Assembly: GCA_951406725.2 (NCBI GenBank)
Contig: OX597824.1
Span: 62,992,001-63,056,000 of the forward strand
DNA: 64,000 nucleotides
Origin: Octopus vulgaris
Taxonomy: Eukaryota
Reading direction: 5' to 3'
Shown: positions 14,440-29,658 of the stretch, in pieces
Layout: the number at the start of each line of letters is the position of its first letter
Position numbering within the stretch: position 1 is the stretch's first letter
The notes under the pieces: model-generated
Databases searched by the model: none
Told to the model about the DNA's origin: nothing
The model's input: only the letters and a program-made list of their open reading frames with translations
Made by a program: the position numbers and the translations under genes

Positions 14440-15155
14440 ATATATATCGAGACCTTTCTCGTGTACACAACAGCAAATTAGAGACCCTGATGTTCGTCAG
14501 AGCCCTTCAAGCAACCATATGGCAACATGGAATCTGAAAAAGTTTATTATATTTCCATTTTACAAACTACACGACCCGAGTGAAGTAAAGAGAAAGGTCA
14601 GAGAATTGAATTTTATTCATGAATTCAAGTGTTTTAAATGGAGAGTTATGGTAATAGTGATAATTATAATGATGTTGGTGATAATAATAATAAGTACGAC
14701 TGCTTTTCCTACTTCTACTATCGCTACCGCTAACAGCAACAATAGTTAAGGTGAGGGTGAGGATGGTAGTAGTGTTGACCATATAATCATTGCCTCGATT
14801 GAAATGTAAAAATTTCTGGAATAGTAACACTATAATTCAATTAAAACAGGAATGTTGTTTACAACATTCCAAATTATTCCCAGACAATTAATTCTTTAGA
14901 TGCGTTCAAAGTAAAGAATCCTTGGCGTGCCCATCAAACCATGGTGTCTAAGCCGCATATTGAGTGGTTGAAATACACTTCATAAGATTCAGCCTGCCGG
15001 AGCCCGTCGTCGGAGATTTAAAAGAAATATAAAATCATTTCACTAGTTATCAATACAGAAAACTGAAGATTGCATAATACATGAAAGTACTGGTTTATTT
15101 CAGTATGGTAAAATTGTAAAAATTCCAGATATAAAAGTGTGAAAATCAGACTTAT
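14440..15155 (+). mobile_element. PLE 3' fragment (GIY-YIG end plus pseudo-LTR), diverged relative of the 29653-31265 element
   Basis: RDPDVRQSPSSNHMATW..FIIFPFYKLHDPSEVKRKVRELNFI aligns with 30424-30575; shared ending gtgaaaatcagac; degenerate hammerhead at 15063-15097. Confidence 0.75.
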
Positions 15156-15314
15156 TCGAAAGATAGGTAACTAGGGACGCTGGACAGCACACAAACCCAT
15201 ACACACAGTCATAAATAGGTATATGAACACGTATATATTTAAATACGGTTATATACAAAGCATATAGGTATAAAACTACTTACACATATACAAAGAGCAG
15301 ATACACATATATAT

Positions 15315-15610
15315 ACAGTGTGATTGAAAAGTAACTCCCTATTTTAAACTACTTACAATTAATCTATTAACTATAATTTTTAGAAAAATGAATATGTGAA
15401 GAAAGCGATTACCATGGAGTTTTATTAAAATTCAGAATAGGTACCAGCATTCGCCGACAGGCCTTGACCATTGGGGTCGACTAGAAAAGGTCAAGCTTTA
15501 ATGTCTCCAACGCTGCCATGAGTGCTACATTATCCACATGATGTGGAAAATATTCCATCAGCATTGCCCAAATTATGTTGACATCGCCTTTAAGTTACAC
15601 CCAAGACTTG
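15315..15610 (-). mobile_element. Tc1/mariner-like 3' remnant
   Basis: TA-CAGTG terminus (tacagtgtgattgaaaagt) and a minus-strand VKACRR-type C-terminal segment. Confidence 0.4.
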
Positions 15611-15921
15611 GGCCCCGTGGTATCTGCCCACAACAAAAATCACGTAACAACAATACGGCAACAATTATTTTTGCTCTATTGGCTCCGTTCTCTTTAACAT
15701 TAGAACAAAACACATTAAAGTAGAAACAGACCCCACAAAGTTCAAGAAGTCTTTCAGCAAATTCCTTCAAAAAATCCCGGATAAACTTGCTACACGCAGG
15801 CACAGATTTACATGCATGCAAGCATACATACATGTGTATGTACAAACACACTGACTCACATACATGCGCACAAACAAACAAAAAGAACGCAACTTGAATA
15901 ACGGACAGGGTCAAAACTATT

Positions 15922-16050
15922 TAAAAGGTTGCAGGATGCAAGGAAAATTTTAGAAAAATAAATAAATAAATGAGTGGAAATTTTACTGGTGAGTGTGTTA
16001 AATTATAAGTCACTAAAAGAGAATGACTCCCCAGACACAGCAGACTGTAT
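15922..16050 (+). repeat. Dispersed pLTR-like repeat, same family as the arms of the 36380-36623 palindrome
   Basis: ggttgca.gatgcaa.gaaaattttag...tggtgagtgtgtta...aatgactccccagacac matches 36504-36620. Confidence 0.75.
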
Positions 16051-16330
16051 TGAGACAAAAGTGAGACAGACAGAGAGACAGACATACATACATACAGACA
16101 GACAGACAGATAGATAGACCGATAGATACATACATATATACGTGCATACACACATACATACATAACTCCAAATACATATATATGTAGGTATGTATATATT
16201 TATACATTTATAGATAGATATACACATATACACACACACACATATATATATATACGTATATATACATAAATATACAAAATAGACATCCTCGCGTTGTTGT
16301 TTTTTGTGTTGTTCTTTTTTGGGGGGGATA

Positions 16331-16370
<40 letters not shown>

Positions 16371-16552
16371 AAAAAATGAAGTTCGAAAATGCTGCTGTAT
16401 TATACAATTTTTAATTTTTATATATACATTATAACATGTTTCAGTTCCTGAAATGAACCTTATCAAAAAAAGTTACATATAAAAAGAGACAGCTCATGCC
16501 GTCAAACACAAGAAATTCATTTATAATACACAACAGAGTCAGACATCTTAGA

Positions 16553-16621
16553 GTTCATGTATAGTTGATATATAGTTCATGTATAGTTGATATATAGTTC
16601 ATGTATAGTTGATATATAGTT
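16553..16621 (+). repeat. 22-bp tandem repeat x3
   Basis: (gttcatgtatagttgatatata)3. Confidence 0.9.
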
Positions 16622-17428
16622 TGAAGTATATGTTCAAAGTGTTCGATGCAGTGGCCCACGGTGGCGATACGTATTCAATACAAAAAACAGATCAAAGTGG
16701 TGGAAAGCGGTCAATACAGAAGATTGATGTTTCCGAAAGAGCGAGGAATTCATTTTTACCTTAAGCAATTGTGATGACCCATGGTGGAAGTTCGCTGGGT
16801 GGTTCTGTATATATATATACCAGAGAATCATTAGCTTTCACCACATATTGGCTACAGAAAATAGTCTAATATTAGGGCATGGTAATCATTACGGCCTAAT
16901 GGAAACAAAATGAACATTTGTAAGCGTCGAAACCAAATACAAGCTTACTAACACCCAATCTTTTTCGGTAACGGCGATAATATGCCCTTATATTATATTA
17001 TTTTCAGTAGTCAATATATGGTGAAGTCATATGATTCTATTTACAATATATCTGTGTGTGTGTGTGTGTGTGTGCATGTGTATCTGTGTGTCTATGTATA
17101 TACGTTCGTATTTATATGTGTTGGATGGATGAATGGCTAGATGGATGCTTGGATGATAGCTATGTATGTACATATATATATGTGTGTACGCTTGTGCGTA
17201 TGTGCTTTTGAGTTCGTGAAAGCGTGTTTCTTTATATGAGTGTGTGTGTATGGTGTGTGTATGTGTGTGTCCATGTACTTAGATATGTGTGTGTTCGTGC
17301 TTGTGTGTATGAGCGTGATGGCATATCCATGAAATATATCATATATGTGAATATTTAATCGTAATAAATTTCGTATATTCGTTTAGAAAGTCCTAAGATA
17401 GATTTAATATTATCCTTGTTTAGCAAGG

Positions 17429-17459
<31 letters not shown>

Positions 17460-17699
17460 CGTGGAACAATCAAACAATCAATTCCTGTCTAAAATATGCT
17501 CATGAGAATATAAAAATTGTGCAGTGCAGCGATATTGAAATTTTCATCAATCATACAATTTTGAAAGATCCTTTACGAGGAGTTAGCTATATTATTCGTT
17601 CATAGTCGCTACAGACTGATATTAAGAAAAGTTACAAACTTACCGGTATCACTTTTGAGCAAAGACTTGTATGTGTATGTGTATGTTTGTACATCTACT

Positions 17700-18125
17700 A
17701 CATATGTGGGAAATTCTCTCTGTAGGCGTGCTTGTGGAGATGTTAGCTACTCTCCCTATATCGTTTTATCGATTTTGGCGAAACTTGACACTTGAGTAGA
17801 ACTCATGTCTGGAAACCTCAGGGCATACTCTGTTGAAAAATTGATAATAGGGTCCCTGAAATGGATCCTTATATAAATCTAATATATTTTATTTTAAAAA
17901 ACCAAGGGAAATAAGCCATTCACCCCGGAAAGGGATCCTTATATGTAGCCAAGGGAAATAGCTCATTCATTTTCCTAAATTGTTTGGTAAAAATTGAGTA
18001 TGTATATGTATAATTGAGTATGTAAAAATTGAGTATGAAATTGAGTATGTATATTTCTTAGTATTTGATCTGTTAGAGTTATTTTTCGCAATTTATCCAG
18101 CGCAGTCGTTAAACAAGTATATAGT
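17700..18125 (+). mobile_element. Non-autonomous Helitron/Helentron-like or MITE remnant with internal repeats
   Basis: cgattttggcgaaacttg motif after a (TATG) run; duplicated ggatccttatat and ccaagggaaata; aattgagtatg x4 at 17992-18049. Confidence 0.3.
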
Positions 18126-18678
18126 ATTTTCCTAAACAATAGACCCACTTATTTCGGATAGTGACTTATGCATGAATATACCAACACTAGCGCCCCTGAT
18201 GCGCTTTTCACAAAAGCCCTTTTCAGACTTATTTACTTTGAATTGTTATTATCTCATATATGATTATCCTGTTATTACGTAACATGCTTCACGATTTTAG
18301 TATACATATCTTATATGTATTTCCTCCTATGTTCTATATAATCTGAGAACGCATTAAAGCCCTTTTCGGAGCTGCTTTATTGGAATTCTTACTATCGGGT
18401 AACTAATTTCATCTTATTACATAACTGACTTCACAATTTGGGTATTCGTAACTCATTGGGAATTCCTAAAAACAAGATCCTGTGTAAGACAGTACGGTAT
18501 TCTCTGTAAATGCACAAAAACCGTTTTAAGGACCACATACTTTGTATTCTTGTTATTGGATTAGTGAAGCAATTATGAGAATGGAAGCAAGGGATAACCC
18601 CGCATTCCCGGGAATTACCGTATACGTAGGCTAGTACATACATATATGTCAATATGTATTTGTCTATCTATCTATACA

Positions 18679-18890
18679 TACAATGGGGTGCTGAAAGATT
18701 CTTGTCTTTAAGAGTATCACAAAAGGCCTGGTTTGAGACTCAAACGTCCCAATTCTTTTATATGCGTTAGAAAAACTGAAGCACGGTTGAAATAAGTATG
18801 TATATCTGAGACGGTAATATGTCGGAAAAAAAATGATAATGAACTGATCCTCCTATATTTACTTTTACTCAAGGTGAGGATCTTTTCAAT
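18679..18890 (+). mobile_element. Mariner-derived non-autonomous element
   Basis: TIR-like tacaatggggtgctgaaag; internal KLKHG*NKYVYLRR*YV resembles the mariner C-terminus KLxxRWxKCVxxxGxYVE. Confidence 0.65.
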
Positions 18891-18949
18891 TTTGGCTTTC
18901 GTGGACAGGAAGTCTTTGGTAAATCGTTGACCAGAATTTAAATTCTTGT

Positions 18950-19200
<251 letters not shown>

Positions 19201-20244
19201 TCAGGCAGTTAGAATTTAAAGAATTCAGTTTAAAATACTTAGTCGCTCTAATGAAGTGTTTCGTTAGTAGAAGAAGCAAATAGTGGAATTATTATATTCC
19301 AGGGATGCAACATTGTTTATGATTTCAATGACTAAGGTGCTATACTTTTAGTGGAAATTTCATGGAAATGCTTTGCAAAGCAAGAAAAATTTTCAAAACT
19401 TGCAGCTCTGGTATCAAAAAATGTCGATGCTGGGCTAATCAATGAGGAAATGATAATTTTTTTAACGGAAATGTTTTCGTTTAGCCATGACTGATGTTCG
19501 CAACAGGATGACCATTCAGAATTCACAGAGAAAACATAAATGCACTAACGGTTTGGGTTTGCCATCACATATATTAGCTTTCAAGACTAATGCTATAATT
19601 ATCTGCCTACGTGCAATTTTCCAAGTTAACGGTACGTGTAATTGTACACATTTAGTTGTTCAAAATGTTCAAGAAAAAAATCATTAACAAGAAAAGTTAA
19701 AACCTAAAACCCACATCACCACACAAATGGGTTTATTCCAAATCTAGTTCCAAGAGATAACAGGGTGACGCCGTAGAGGATGGTGAGAAGAGGTGCTTTT
19801 CTAAGTGAAGTAAATCTTAGCTAAGAGGGAAGAAGGAACAGGTAGAGGTGGTGATACTTTTGGGGTTAGCGATTTATCGATGGGGAAACCAAAGTCTAAG
19901 AGTGAAAGATGGTAGAGTTAAGGAATGAAGAGGAAGCCGTGGAGAACAAACAAAATGAAAAATTGAAAAAATGAAAAATGAAAACAAAATACGAATAATA
20001 TTAAAAAAAACATTCTTAAAAATTAGAAAATGAAATTAGAAAATCGAAATTAAAATGTAAAGCTAACGAGAAGCAGAGGTATTAATACAAAGATATTATA
20101 TCAACAGTAAACAGTGAGGAGGTCTTTGGAAATCATCGTCTGAAAAAACCCTGGAAGATTTTTTATTTTATTTTTGAATTTTCAATGTTCAAAGGTTCAA
20201 AAGTTTAGAAAGTTTAAAATGTCTAGAGGTTTTTGAGAAACAAG

Positions 20245-20309
20245 CAGATAGACAGACAGACAGACAGAAAGACAGACAGACAGACATACAGACTGACTGA
20301 CAGACAGAC

Positions 20310-20384
<75 letters not shown>

Positions 20385-20403
20385 AAGAGAAGTATGTAGA
20401 TGG

Positions 20404-20435
<32 letters not shown>

Positions 20436-20441
20436 AGTATG

Positions 20442-20508
<67 letters not shown>
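20245..20508 (+). repeat. Compound (GACA)n/(GATA)n microsatellite
   Basis: Direct reading; spacer agaagtatgtagat occurs twice. Confidence 0.95.
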
Positions 20509-20509
<1 letters not shown>

Positions 20510-20782
20510 GGGGACTGACTGGTGGCGTGTGGTGTGTGTATAGCTTTGTTGCTGAGCGCTTTCGGATCTATAATCTTTCATCACACTTTACATTTTACAT
20601 TTTAGTACATATTTTTAATGAGGTGTTTCAAAACCAAAACATGTGAAGCAAAACCAAAATATTCTCCTTTTAATGTATTTATATAAAGGAAAATTAAAAT
20701 GTATCCAACTATAAGAAAGTAGCTTTTTCGTTCTTCTTTTTCATAAATATGTACTTACTCGTGTGTTACCTCTACACATTTT

Positions 20783-20827
<45 letters not shown>

Positions 20828-20828
<1 letters not shown>

Positions 20829-20911
20829 AATTGGAGCAGGTAAAATCCCGCCTGCTTATGTTTCGTAGATAGCTTGGATTTTACGAAGCCTAGATTTTAC
20901 CTGTTCAATTT
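20828..20911. repeat. 84-bp fold-back (MITE-like)
   Basis: aaattggagcaggtaaaatc ... gattttacctgttcaattt with inner stem ttcgta/tacgaa. Confidence 0.6.
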
Positions 20912-21217
20912 CCTCAAAATTGGATTTTTATTCGCATTCATAGTAACACTACTTGCTGACGGTGAACTATAAGAATGCTTTCTTCACCTTATCGAACTTC
21001 GAAATAGGAAAAAATTACGGCGATCTACGCCAATAAATTATTATTGTTCCAAAAGTTGTTTATCATTCCTACCATGGACTGCTCAAACTTTACTAACATT
21101 CAGCACCTAGATCCTTCGATCTTTAAATTACATATCATTACACATTCAGACACACACACACAAACACACGTACATACGCGCACATGCACACTCACATATA
21201 TACATAGATACGCATAC

Positions 21218-21295
<78 letters not shown>

Positions 21296-21298
<3 letters not shown>

Positions 21299-21445
21299 CA
21301 AAATGGGAGAAGAACGCAAAACATTCCGACAGTTATGTGATACAAAAAAAATAGGGAAAAAAAAAACATACAGATAGACGATACAAAGAAAACAAGGACG
21401 GGTCATTCGAAGTTTTCTTTCTTCAGTCAGATTATCTTCGCAATT

Positions 21446-21450
<5 letters not shown>
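21296..21450 (-). repeat. Dispersed (TA)n-embedded repeat, related to 50912-51050
   Basis: Reverse complement shares aagataatctg..aagaaaact.cgaatgaccc.tcc..ttctttgtatcgtctatctg.atg with 50920-50990. Confidence 0.7.
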
Positions 21451-21497
<47 letters not shown>

Positions 21498-22089
21498 GCA
21501 CAAACACATAGTGTGTGCGTGTGTATATTATTTATCTACACAGTATCAGGCATACAATTATTTATCTACTAATAAAAATATGAAAGATTTCATATGCCCA
21601 TTCATATCCACTTTTCAACTGCTGCTCAATCAGCTCCTTTCAATATTTCAATTCTATTTGGTTTTATGAAATATTTAACAGAATATAGATATAATAACCT
21701 CCCTGTATAGAACAGAGTGTCAAACCATGTACCAATGAAAACATAGCACATATTCCGAGAAACGTCTTCATCCAATTCAATATGCTATATTACACTCATT
21801 CATTTACCTTTCCATTTCTAAAGTCAAATATTTAAAATTCATGGATAATTTCACACTAATAGCATGTTTACATTGCATATGTGTATTGCCAACCGACACT
21901 ACAACTGCTGCGGTAGGCATTACATCAATTACATGTAAATTTCATAATATAGGTACATAACAATCATTCATCAACCCTTACTACTTTAATAATTTTTTTT
22001 CATTTCAACCAATATAACCATTCCTCTAGTATTCATATCGATCCTATCACATGAGTAAAAGTACAGACTGCCACGTTAAGTAATAGTAG

Positions 22090-22990
22090 CAAAGAACTTC
22101 AACTAAAATCGCATGTTCATTTTGTTGTTTTTTCTTTTATTTTACTTTGTATATTTACTGGAAAACTGTATTTAAATACTGCTGTATTTCGGGATAGTCA
22201 TTTTTTAAATATCAAATAAACACACGCACTATATATTCCTTCTTCACTAGTTAATTATTGTTCTTATTTTAAGTCATGTCTATTCTCCGGAAATCTTTAG
22301 TCATACATACGGGACTACTTGAGCGACCATTTCCGTTGTCATGTGTGGAGAAAAAGTATTTTGGCACGCTGATCTGAACATTAAGGGCAATGTGGGATTT
22401 TACCAAATAACGACGCGTGTCCTCCTCCGTTTATTCCGGTTAAGAGGGTTACCCGAGTATAGTTTGAAGTAAGGATGTGCACACTAATGTTGATTTCGAT
22501 AGACTGCGGCGTATTCGGGATCCGGGAACAGAGTGGGAAGAATGCCTATTAGGTTTTCTCCTACTGTAAAATTTTAGGGGAAAGGGAGACGGTAGATTAT
22601 GTGAGATAATTCGTGTTTTATCTGCAGGTGCAGATATATCTATGGTGCCGAGTTTAGTAGGAGGGACGCACTATATAGGAACGTATTCGATCCTATTTTA
22701 ATATCCGGTGCGTTGTAGATGCAGTTATATTATTAAGCGTATTGCTCGAATATTTCCTTACTGGCAGACAGGGTAAAATTGTGTAAGTTAGGCTGTCTAC
22801 AATTCCCTAATTTGGGACGTTTATTTGCATACACAGCAACACCAGCTGCTACCTATGAACTATAAAACACTTTTTTCAGCTCATCGAACTTCACGTCAAT
22901 AAACTACTACTGCTCCTGAAAGTTTTTTCTTATACCTTCTTCGGACTGCCCGTAGCTTAATAACTGACTACACTTTTATTTTTGGATTTT
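22090..22990 (-). mobile_element. Degenerate PLE (RT-endonuclease linker plus pLTR), with a possible inverted piece at 22850-22990
   Basis: Minus: KRRRTRVVIW*NP..ALNVQISVPKYFFS resembles the PLE linker RKRNIIWFNPP..NV; decayed hammerhead-like CTAAAGA-TTTC(CGGA)GAAT near 22272-22302. Confidence 0.5.
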
Positions 22991-23172
22991 ACTTTGACAT
23001 ATATATCTTAAAATTGTATTGCTCATCCCCTAGATTTCGCCCTGTTGAAATAGAACCCAAATGGAAAAGAACCGGAAGAAATACAAAGCAGTTTGTCCAA
23101 ATCTCTAACGCTAAAATAACTAGCAGAAGTGGCAGCGGCAGCAGCAACAGCAGCAGCAGCAGAAGCAGCAGC

Positions 23173-23231
<59 letters not shown>

Positions 23232-24242
23232 AAATTCTGATCTTATTACTATCGACAGACTACTGCCAGTATTGCTACTTCTCCGATATCTTTTCGTTAT
23301 TCACGAAGAGAACCAGTTATTTTCTGTTGTTTTCACTTTATTTTTCTCTTGCTTGCTTCGAATATTTTTCTGTCTTTTGGTTTCGCTTTCTTTGTTTTTG
23401 TTTATTTTTTGTTTTCATTGATGAACTCTTGTGATGTTAAACAAAACATTTCACCTTTAATGTTTGGTCTTCTGTGTTTGATTTTTCGATGTAGTCTTTC
23501 ATATGAATTACTTTGAAACTTCTATGTCAAAACTCTCTCTTTCCCTCAATCACTCTCTCACTCTCTCTTACACTTTCTCTCTCTCAATATCAGTTTGTTT
23601 CTCTCTGCCTCTCTGCCTCTCTCTCTCTCTCTCTCTTCCTCACTCTCTCTCCTGCTGTCTCACTGACACAAACACACATCCAATCACTCTTTCTCTCTTG
23701 GCCTCATTTTCTGCACACGCTGCGCGTGTGTACGTAGCTTTTTGTGTATATTTCTGTCTTTTTTGGCTACTTTATTTCTCATTCAAGTCAACTTCCAGCA
23801 TCTATAAGGTTATTGCTTTTCCCACCTCTCTTTTCGGATGATTGACTTCTGAGGATAGTAATTACTTTGAAACATGGGGAATCATTTTTTTCTTTTATTA
23901 AATCCGAAGCCATTACTGAAGTCAACTGCATTGAATACTATTTTTCAAACAAATGCACAGGTTTCTTCATGGAAGAAAAGAAAAATTAGGACAATCTTAT
24001 GATGAAAAATTCGAAGACTAGTCTGAAGAATCTACTTTGGTTCCATTTACAAAACCAAAATTCAAATCGTGTTAATTAAAATTTAGTTTCATATTACTGA
24101 AATCTCTTATAATTTCAGGAATTGCTATTAATGACAGTTTGAAGATAAATATCAGTGCATTTATTATTGACTTATTTAAGGTGGTCTGTAAATTGCGATA
24201 TATTAATTAATTATGTCTCTCTGCTTCTTCTGTGGACACAGT

Positions 24243-24945
24243 CTTAGTCATAGGTCATCCTGCGTGCTGTGGTGTATTGGGCGGCAAGGTTTCTCCAACG
24301 TGGTCGGTCAGCTGCAGCGATTTCAACGTCATCTCTTGAAATAGGCGTTGAGGTAATCGATGTAGGTGCGGCGCCATGTCGGTTTGGTAGCCCTTGTTTT
24401 CTCTGACCATGCAGTTTTCGCATGCCGCACCGGAAGATATGGCTTGCGAATCGCAAGCAGCGCTCACTGACAACCTCATGGAGTGGAAGGGTATCAGTTC
24501 GGTGGTGTATCTTGTCGTTGGTTATGTGGTCCTGGTACGACATTCGCAGTATCCGCCGAAGGTATCGTAGCTGAAATACATTGAGCATTCGCGCAATCTT
24601 TGCCGATGTCTTCCACGTTTCCGCATCGCTTATTGCCGATGGTATGACGATGCTGTTGAAGAGGTGCACTTTGTTCTTGGTGGAGAACGCTCTGCTTGCC
24701 CAGATGGTTTTGAGTCTTTGGAAGACAGCCGCGACCTTCCCGAACTCATTAGCGTCCTCGATTTGGTGTTGTCCACTCATCAAGGAACGCCATTGTTGTT
24801 CTCATCGATATATCCAACACACGTGATCTTCGTCTTGTTTGCACTTATGCCGAGTCCGTTCCAATCTCTGTCATTCTGCGAATGACACTTTGTGTCGCTC
24901 CGAGGAGCGCGATGTCAACGGCAAAGTCGAGGTCAGTAAGGCGCC
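24243..24945 (-). mobile_element. RTE-clade LINE 3' fragment (RT C-terminus)
   Basis: LTDLDFAVDIALL (decayed FADD); ORF 24244-24783 AAVFQRLKTIW..KVHLFNSIVIP...ETWK...LRRILRMSYQDHITN; terminal AADRPRWR motif; visibly GC-richer than flanks. Confidence 0.85.
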
Positions 24946-25585
24946 AGAGGGGCTTTCAAAAACATAGCTATGCACAGCTAAATCAAAAATAACGTCTGGA
25001 ATTTTAATAAAAATAAAAAAGAGAACATTCATGCAAACATTTTCACTCCCTTACATTAATAAATACAAAAGAATTTTTTTTAAAAAGTAAGACCTTGAAA
25101 TGTAATTACAATTCTTACAGGAGAAAATCTAAAACAAAATCTGACCTTCCAATTAAAAATCTTGACCACTTGAATACAAACAATCCTTTCCCCACCCCAC
25201 TAAAAAAGGTTTATATATTGAATCAAGCACGTTTGACCACACTGATACAAAAGCCACATCTTTTCCCCCTTTCAAACTTTTTCTTTCTCTTCCCTTCCTC
25301 TGCAAACCACCAAAGCATTACTCCGATTTTCTTTAATCTATCTTCACTATCCCCATTCTCTCCTCCTCTCTCACCCCTGTACGTTGCTTTCTAATTTCTT
25401 CCACACTTCCTCTCCCTCCTCTCTCTCGCTCTCTTTTTCTCTCACTCACTCTCTTTTTTTTTAAACATGATCACTTTCAATGTTATATAAAAAGGTCAAG
25501 AAATCCGATAATGGAAAAAAAGCGCTAAAAATATAAATAATAATATATATAATCATTCAACATTCTGACTACCTTATTATTCTCA

Positions 25586-25624
<39 letters not shown>

Positions 25625-26429
25625 TATATATATACACATACATATAACGTACTTATACTGGTCTGCGCATTCTTAAGGTGAGTTTCGCATATATAATTAA
25701 TTTGAACATACATATCACAAAAGTGAGAAGGACGGAAGGGAACAACGAAAAATAACGAGTAACATGCTGGTTTAAGCTTTTTGTACAGTAAAAGCTTTTA
25801 TTATATATATCTTTTAGTTCAGCTGTTAATTTTTTGTTCAGTAAAGGGAAAGCGTAATGTTTAACTCACCTGGATCCAGCTTCCATGATTATAGCAATAT
25901 TTCCACATTTTTTCCTTATTAAAAAACATGTGTGGTTATATATATATATGTATGTATGTGTGTATGTATGTATGTATGCATATACGTATATATATATATA
26001 TATATATACATACATACATACATACATACATACATACATACATACATACATACATACATACATACATACATACACACATACATACATATATGCATATATA
26101 CATACATTCGGTGCTATAAAATTTTTATCAATATTCTAGTTTCAAGAGTATGTTAAACGATTATTTTTATTTCTTGAAATAGTGGATCTCAAAACATATA
26201 AAGCTATAAATAACATGGCCTTAGGTTCTAATTCATTTTTAGCTGTCCAACATTGTCAACTTTTTCCACCGCAGTCAGTAATATATATATACGATCCATG
26301 TCATGAAATCAACATTTACAAATTGCACTCTACACACGAGAGCGTAAGTTACTAACAATTATTTTTCAAAAATTTTACCCAAAATTTTCCACTTCCCACA
26401 TATAATATACATTTCTATATTTAAGAGAT

Positions 26430-27200
<771 letters not shown>

Positions 27201-27229
27201 ATATACAATTCATCTAGTAATTACAATTT

Positions 27230-27410
27230 CCCATAGCGATTCTTTGTGAACGCTATCGAAAGCCTTCTTGAAATCGACGTAGTAGACTACAAGTACAAGT
27301 TTTGGAACTCTCGGCATTGTTCAATGATATTGAGCAATATAAATATCAATTCAACAAACGATCTCCCACTTCTAAATCTAGCTTTCTCTTCACGCAAATC
27401 TTGTACAAAA
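27230..27410 (-). mobile_element. LINE reverse-transcriptase fragment (RTE-like)
   Basis: Minus: EEKARFRSGRS...IIEQCREFQ...YVDFKKAFDSVH. Confidence 0.75.
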
Positions 27411-29616
27411 TAAAAAGGTCAAATATATATATATATAATCATCATTGATATTATCGTTATTTCTCGAGACATTAATAATATAATGCGTACATCGTTCGAA
27501 ATTCCAAGAGGGACTGCAAATTTTAATTGGTTGTTAATTTCAATGAAAAGGTGATATAGACGCGACGCATCTTACCATTGTGGGTGTAGGTATCGTTGTT
27601 GATTTTGTCTATTAACAATTCGTTATATTTAGACATACACATGGTATGGAGCCGAGTGGGTATGCAGGTATCAGTATTCCAACGTCTTTGTTTTGGATTT
27701 GTATTAGAGAAGGATATTCAGAGAGCCAGCTTTAATCACAATGACTGCATTTTGTGGATTGTGATTTAGCTGCTACATTCAGCAAATATATTTTTCTTAC
27801 TGGTTTGCTCTCAAGATTATTGATTGTAACAGATGTATCTGAAGTATTAGCTTCAAAATTCCATTAACATTTTATTAATATTCTATATAAAAGCACATTA
27901 CAAATTCAGCCTCCGGCTTTCTTGGCTTTTCTCTCTAAGTGTTTTTATAATCTAAATCGCTTCTGCCCCATTCAACTAACTTCATTCTATTTCTTTTTCC
28001 AGCTCAGAAACAGGCAATATTTTGTTTTTGACGTTATCTGTTCCGTATCTCAATGCCCAAGCACCTCACGATCTACCTCACACAATTATTCTTGCACGGA
28101 ACATCAACAATCTGGAACCATTTCTCTTCTATTGTATATTCTGCTGCCAGCCTTAAATCTTCATGTATAGCAAGTGAGAATAAAGTGCGTTAATCTCCCC
28201 AGATTTTTATGGGATAGAGGAAAATAGAGTCCCACATGCGCGCTAACCAAATTTTAAATGAAATTTAAAGGTAATCATTAATGAATCGAAAGACAAGAAC
28301 TTGAATTTACTTAGATAATTATTTCAATTTTTGGTAAACAAAATCTGAAATATATTCCATAAATACGGCTCTAAAAGCATTCGTAATTATTTCGCTAGAT
28401 TTACTAATTATTTGTGCTTCTTTCAACCGTTTTATTATCAATCTTTGAAGTTTATTTGAAATCAGCTGTAGTTTTTCTCGCTTAAATTCTAACTAATTAT
28501 ATCTGTACGATATGTGTTCTATAATTTATATTTGCGTTGCTTTTCGAACTGCCTATTTACGCTTCAACCAATTCAATTGGTGCAAGGTTCCTCAGATCAA
28601 CATCATACTGTTAATTATATTAGTTAGGGGATCGTGTGCATATTTCATTATAACGTCTATCATTGAGATCGTTTTGTATCTCCTTTATATCACAATTATC
28701 GAAATGTTTTCAAATGTATATTAAACATCCTTTTAGAAGAACGTTTATTTCACGATATATAGCGATAATAAGAATCGTTTTCTTACACTTGATTTATATT
28801 TAACAAAACTCATACCACTCTACATGAAATTAGAAAATTAGTCTCATATTACATTTATAACAATGATTCAAAGTCTCAAACGCTGTTATTCGTAGCCAAT
28901 TTAGTCGACATAAATATACGTATGTTTATACACACACACAAAACGCACACACACACACACACATACATACACACGCACACACACACACACACACACATAC
29001 ACATTTGTTATTTATTAATTCGTAATAGAATATAAGGATAAATATCGCGTTAATGATTTTTATCAGGTAATCAGCATGCTATAAAAATTTATTGGCAATT
29101 TATACATTAAATTAATAATATGCATATGTTTATAATTATATTAAGTGAGCATGGACGAAAACGACCTATCTCCAGCATGCTTCAAGTGCCGAGACGAAAA
29201 TCTTCAGATAAATATACAAATGTCTGGAAGCGGACTAGTGGAAAGCTATTATAAAGACCTCCCATTAATTGTGAATTGGTTCCAATTTCGAGATTAAAAC
29301 CATAAACAAGCTCTTTTCATTAGTCAACACAGTACATGGGAAATATAATACAAATAATTGTGCATACTGTACAAAGAATGTTCACACGACTACATATAAA
29401 TATTTGCACGTGTAGGTTCCAGATAAGTCAATTTTAGATCTCCCCACAACAACCACGGGTATATTATAAGAATAGCCAAGCATTAAATGCTATTCCGGTC
29501 AGGAGTAAAAATAATTAAATGATTTTTAGGCTAAGCTTTTGGTAGCTTTTTGAGGATCTCGGCACTTCACCCTTGGTCTTTTGATATAATTATATGCATA
29601 TGTATATTATCATTAA

Positions 29617-29652
<36 letters not shown>

Positions 29653-29658
<6 letters not shown>

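Noticed and set aside
16553-16621. CRISPR-like array
   Set aside because: Tandem 22-mers without unique spacers, no cas genes, eukaryotic context
23040-23115. ETS-like ACCGGAAG promoter motif
   Set aside because: Lies within what appears to be a diverged minus-strand SINE head, similar to 38130-38195 and 63130-63200
29140-29212. Additional hammerhead on the minus strand (CTGAAGA...GAAG-CATG)
   Set aside because: Helix II does not pair and GAAA is altered; too degenerate to call
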